This document shows positions 41,001-47,000 of a stretch of 64,000 bases of DNA, in pieces. Position 1 is the stretch's first letter. Every line of letters starts with the position of its first letter. Origin of the DNA: Thermoplasmata archaeon (lineage in GTDB: Archaea > Thermoplasmatota > DTKX01 > DATEUP01); assembly GCA_041499475.1 (NCBI GenBank), contig JBGQKI010000005.1, positions 17,709-81,708 on the forward strand, read 5' to 3'. The translations under genes were made by a program, and so were the position numbers. Below the pieces are notes generated by a model. The model was not told the origin of the DNA. It did no database searches and saw only the letters and a program-made list of their open reading frames with translations.

Positions 41001-44000
41001 CTGGCGTGATGACCGAATTGTTGGCCGGGAAGTTCAACCCGACGATCGGCGCCGTCGAGTCCATCGTGAAGTGGAACGACGCGGAGCGCGAATTGCCCGC
41101 AAGGTCCACGGCGGTGACGGTGACCGTGACCGAGCCATCGGCCCAGGACGCGGTGGAGATGTCGAACGGCGGGGAAAAGGAAACCGCGCCCGAACCGTTG
41201 TTCCAGGTGCTCGTGTTGAGGTTGGGCTCGACGACGGTGAAGTCAAGGACCGTCCCGGCGCTGATCACCGAGTCGTTGGCAGGCGAGGTAAGCGTGATGT
41301 TGGGGGGCGTCGAGTCGATAATGACCCGGAACACGTCCGTGCGGGCGTTGCCGGCAAGGTCGGTGGCGGTGACCGTGATGTTGAACGGCCCGTTGGCCCA
41401 GCCCGTCGTGTTGATGTCGAAGGGCGAAGGCAGCGCATTGGCCCCCGAGCTGTTGTTCCAGGTCGCGCCGGAGAAGTGCGCGTCGGTGACGCTTAGGTCG
41501 ATGGTGGTCCCGGCGACAACGACCGAATTGTTGGAGGGGCTCACCAGCGAGATGACGGGCGGCGTCGAATCGAAGGTGAAGGCGAACGTCGAGACGCGGA
41601 GGTTGCCCGCCGCGTCGGTCGCGTTCACCGTCACGGTCACCGTGCCCTCGGCCCAGCCGGTCGTGTTGATGTCGAAGGGAGAGGGGAGCGTGTTGGGGCC
41701 GCTGCCGTTGTTCCACAGGGCGCTCGCCACCCCGTTGGCGTCCGCAACCGTGAAGTCGATCGCGGTGGCGGGCCGGATGACCGAATTGTTGGCGGGCGCG
41801 ACGAGCGTGATCGTGGGTGCGGTGGAGTCAAGCGTCCAGTGGAACAGCTGCGTGGCCGCGTTGCCAGCCGGGTCGACCGCCGACACCGTGACGTCAAAGG
41901 CGCCGTCGGCCCAGCCCGCCGTGGCCACATCGAAGGGCGAGGCGAGGGCGAAGGGGCCCGACCCGTTCGTCCAGTTGGCCGCCGCAACGCCATTGGCGTC
42001 GCTGATCGCGAAGTCGAGCGCCGTGCCGGCACGGATGACCGTGCTGTTGGCCGGGGAGTTGAGGGATATCGTTGGGCGCGTGCTATCCAACGTGAACTGG
42101 AAGCTCACGGCGCGCGAGTTCCCGGCGGCGTCCGTCGCCGTGACCGTCACCGTGGTCGAGCCGTCGGGCCAGTTCGCGGTGCTCACATCGAAGGGCGAGG
42201 TGAGCGCATTCGACCCGCTCCCGTTGTTCCATGTCGCGGAGGCGAAGTTCGCGTCGGTCACAGTGAAGTCGAGCGTCGTGTTCGCGCGGATGACCGAGTT
42301 GTTCGCGGGCGCGCCCAGCGTGACGGTCGGCGCCGTGGAGTCGAAGATGAATCGGACAACAACCGTCCGGCTGTTGCCCGCTTGGTCCGTCGCAATGACC
42401 GTGATGTTGGTCGACCCGTCGGGCCAGCCGGGGGTGGCAAGGTCGTACGGGGACGCAAGGCCAAGCGCGCCCGACCCGTTGTTGCGGGTGACCGCCGCGA
42501 GGTTGGCGTCGTTCACCGAAAACGAAATGGTCGTCCCGGCGGCGATGACCGAGTTGTTCGAGGGCGCGGTCAGCGAGACGGTGGGCGCCGTGCCGTCGAT
42601 CGTGAAGTGGAAGAGGCGCGACTGCACATTGCCGGCTACATCGGTGGCGACCACAATCACGTCGACGCCGCCGTCGGTCCAGGCCGCGGTCGAGACATCG
42701 AACGGCGAGCCCAGCGCGACCGGCCCCGTGCCGTTGTCCCGCGTCACCGAGAACGAGTGGGCGTCGCTGACGTTGAAGTCGAGCGTGGTCCCCGGCGCGA
42801 TGACGGAGTTGTTCGATGGTGTCCCGAGCGTGATGGCGGGCGGCGTCGAGTCGACCGTGAAGTGGAAGGTGGCTGCGCCTGAATTGCCGGCAAGGTCGAA
42901 CGCCGTGACCGTGATGTTGACCTCGCCGTCGGCCCATCCCGTGCTGTCGACCTTGTAGGGAGCCGTGAGGGTCACGTTGCCCCCGCCGATGTTGTAGCGG
43001 GCGCTTGCAAAGTTGAGTTCCGTGAAGGAGAACGACAGCTGGACGCCCGCGCTGATGACCGTGTTGTTCGACGGCGAGACCAGCAGCACCACGGGCGCCG
43101 TCGAGTCGATCACGAAGTGGAAGATCACGGAAACGGTGTGGCTGGAGTTGTCCGTCGCGTTGATCGTCACGTTGATGTGACCGTCGCTCCAGCCCGTCGT
43201 TGAAACGTCGTAGGGCGCGGCGAGGGTGGCCGGGGCCGATCCGTTACTCCAGGTGGTCGTGTTTAGGTCGTTGTCGACGACCGAAAAGTCGAGCGTCGTG
43301 CCGGGGCGGATAACCGAGTTGTTGGACGGCGTGACCAGGATTACGGCCGGGAACGAGTTGTCGATGGTGAAGCTGAACGCGCGGGAGGCGGTGTTGCCCG
43401 CCGCGTCGGTGGCGTTCACGGCGACGGTGATGTTGCCCGCGGCCCAGCCGGTCGTGTCGATGTCAAACGGCGAAGACAGCGCGTTTGGCGAAGAGCCGTT
43501 GTTCCACGAGGCGTTCGTGAAGTGCAGGTCGGTGACCGACAGGTCGATGAGCGTGCCCGAGCCGAAAGTCGTCCCGTTGGCGGGCTGGTTCAGCGTGATC
43601 GTGGGCGGGGCCGAATCGACGGAGACCACCACGATGATCGAGCGCACATTCCCCGCAAGGTCGGTTGCCGTTACCGTGATGGAGAATTGGTTGTCTGCCC
43701 AAGCCGTGGTGCTGACATCGAAAGGCGTTGTCAGCGAGTTGTTGCCGCTGCCGTTGTTCCAGGTGGCGTTGTTCAAGTTCGTGTCGGTGACGGTGAAGTC
43801 AAGCACCGCGCCCGGGAGCACGACCGAGTTGTTCGCCGGGCTCGAGAGTACGACGCTCGGGGGCGTCGAGTCGAAAACGAAGCGGAAGACGGAGGTCCTG
43901 GAGTTGCCGGCGGCGTCGAGCGCGATGAGCGTGATGTTCGTCGACCCGTCGGGCCAGCCGGGGGTGGGGATGTCGAAGGGCGATCCAAGGGTCACGGCAC

Positions 44001-47000
44001 CGCTACCATTGTTCCAGGTGACCGTGGAGAGGTGCGTGTCGGACACCGATAGGTCGATGAGACGGCCGGCGGGAATCACGGAGTTGTTCGCCGGCGAGTT
44101 GAGCGTGATGGTTGCCAAGGTGGAGTCCATCACGAAATTGAACGAACGCGTCCTCGCGTTGCCCGCGGTGTCCGTGGCGACGATGACCACCGTCACTGAC
44201 CCGTCCGCCCACGCGGTCGTCGAGACGTTGTAAGGCGCGCCAAGCGCGTTGGAACCGGAGCCGTTGTTCCAGGTGGCCGTGAACGCGTTCGCGTCCGTGA
44301 TGGCAAAAGAGAGCGTTGTGCCCCCCGCGATGACGGAGTTGTTCGCGGGCGAGGCGAGCGAGACCGTGGGGGCCGTGCTGTCGAAGGTGAAGCTGAACGT
44401 CGAAGTCCTGTTGTTGCCGGCAAGGTCGAAGGCGCGCACCGTGACCGTCGTGAGGCCGTCGGCGAACCCCGCGGTCGAGATGTCGAACGGCGCGGCGATC
44501 GCGTTCCACGTGGAGCCGGTCGTCCAACTCGCATTCTGGAAGTTCGTGTCGCTGACCGACAAGTCGACCGTGGTGCCCGCCGCGACCACGGAATTGTTGG
44601 CGGGCGTGTTCAGCGTGATGGTGGGGAGCGTCGAGTCGAAGGTGAAGGTGAACACGCGCGCGGTGCGCCGGCCGAGCACATCGATTCCAACGACGGTGAT
44701 GTCCGTGGGGCCGTCCGCGAAACCTGTCGAATCGACATCAAAGGGCGCGGAGAGAGATGTCCATACAAGCCCCTTCAGCCAACTCGCGTTCTGGAAGTGC
44801 GCGTCAACGATGTTGAAGTCGAGCGTAGTGCCGGCTCGGATCACGGAATTGTTCGACGGAGTCAACAGTGACACCACGGGCGGATTGCCGTCGATGCCGT
44901 AGCTGCGCGTCACATTCGCGCTGTTGCCTGCTGTGTCCCAGGCCGTCACGAACACCGTGTAGTCGCCGTCCGGCCAGCTGGCGGTCGTGAGGTTGAACCA
45001 CGCCCCCGACTGGTTCCATACGCTCATCGTTCCGTTCCCGTTGTTCCACGTCGCATTGAACGCGACGTGGAGGTCGTTGACAAAGAAGGGGAGCTCGGTG
45101 CCCGCGGCGTAGGTGCCATTGGCGAGCATCCCCGAAAATGTGGGGCCCGTGGTGTCGATCGCGATCACGAAGAATTCGCTGTCGCCCGCCGGGGTGAGGT
45201 CGGTCGCGTTCACCCAAATCACGTGAGCCCCTTCCGACCACCCCGTGGTGTTGATCTGGAACGGCGCCGCGAAGGCAACCGCCGACGCGTTGTCGATCGA
45301 GTACTTCACGGTGTCAAAGTAGAGCGAGACATTGAATTGCAGGACCGCGCCGGGCCGCACCGCGCTCTGGTTCGCCGGGGATTCGAGGCGGACGCGCGGC
45401 GGCCACGGGTCGACCAGCGGGTACGGGTCGTTGCGCGTGGGGGTCGCCGCGTAGGGGTTGTCCACGATGCCGTCGCCGCCCGCTGTCGCCTGGAGCGCCC
45501 CGCTCTTGATGTCGGGAGATGTCCACGTCGACCACCAATTGCCACCCCAGGGGTAAGCGCGGAACCAGGTGACGACGTCGTACGAGTCGTAGGGCGCGCC
45601 GTACCCTCCGCCGTAGCTCAGGTTGAAATTGTTGTGGTAGGCCGTGACATTTTGCACGTAGGAGGAACCGATGTAGATTGTCGCATAGGAGTAGGGGCCA
45701 TACGTGTTGTTGGACACCGTCACATTCGAGACCGTGCTCGACGGGTCGTAACCGTAAAGCTGGACGGAGTACGAGGTGTACGACAAGGTGTTGTTCTCCA
45801 CCACGAACCCGTCGTTGTACCCGCTCGCCACGAGCACCGAGCCCGTCGAGGTGTAGTTCGTGAGGTCGCCGGCGGTGAGGTTGCGGATGGTGACGTTCGT
45901 CGAGTAATACGCGCTGAAGATGGTGTAGGCGCGCGGAATCACCGAGTCAAGCAGCGACAGGTTGGCGCTCGAATCGCTGTAGACGAGGTCGTACACGCAA
46001 CACGTCGTGACATTGAGCGTGAGGTTGCGCATGGTCACATTCTGCGACTGGATCGCGTGCACGCCGTAGTACCCGGTGTCGAAGGTGATGCTGCTCACGT
46101 TGACGAAGCGCGACCCGAAGAGCAGGACTCCGTCGCCCGCCTCGGAGATCGTGAGCCCGCTTGCGGTCCCGCTCGTCACGTTGGCGAAAATCACCATCGC
46201 GCTGCTTGCCGGCGCGCTGACGTTCGTCGCGTTGATCCGGTAGAAGATCGGCCGGCCCTCGATCGTGTTGTTCGCGGGGATCGTATGGTTAAAGTGGGAG
46301 AGGTAATAGCCTGAAATTTGGACTGACCCCCAATTGGAGAGGAAGCTGTTGTTCCAAACCACATCCCCCGAACTCCAGTCCAGCGTAAGGCCAATGTACG
46401 AGCCGTTGGTGAACCGGCTGTTCGTGATGTTCGAGACGTCGGTCCCGGAGAGGTAGAGGCCGTTGCCGGTGTTGTTGAACGAGCTGTTGTCGACCGTGAT
46501 CGACCGCGAGTAGTACACCTGCATCCCGCTGTAAAGCGAGCCGTTCATCACGTCGCGCACGGCGGTTAGGTTGGTGCCGTACCAGAACTGGGACCCATAC
46601 TCACCGCCATTCACGCGCGAATCGGTAAGCGTCGAGTTGACCGCGTACTCGGCGAGCAGCCCGTAGAAGGAGGAGCTGATGGCGACATTGATTACGTTGA
46701 TTCCCGTGCACTGGAACAGCCGGATGCCGTGCCACTCGTGGTCGATGGTGACCCCGGAGACGAGGTAGTTCGTCGTGTTCGCAAGGATTGCAAGTCCGGC
46801 GCCCGTGGGGACCGTCCCCCCGCTTGCGTTGACGAGGTAATAGACGGGTTTCCCGTTCACCGTGTTCGTCGTGTTGACCCGGTGGTAGAACTGCTCGATG
46901 GAGTACGCCTCAAGGTGGAAATTGTAGGTATTGCCCGACAGCGCATTCGAGTCGAGCGTGAGGTAGGAGACGTATTCGATGTAGAACCCGTTGAGGCCGT

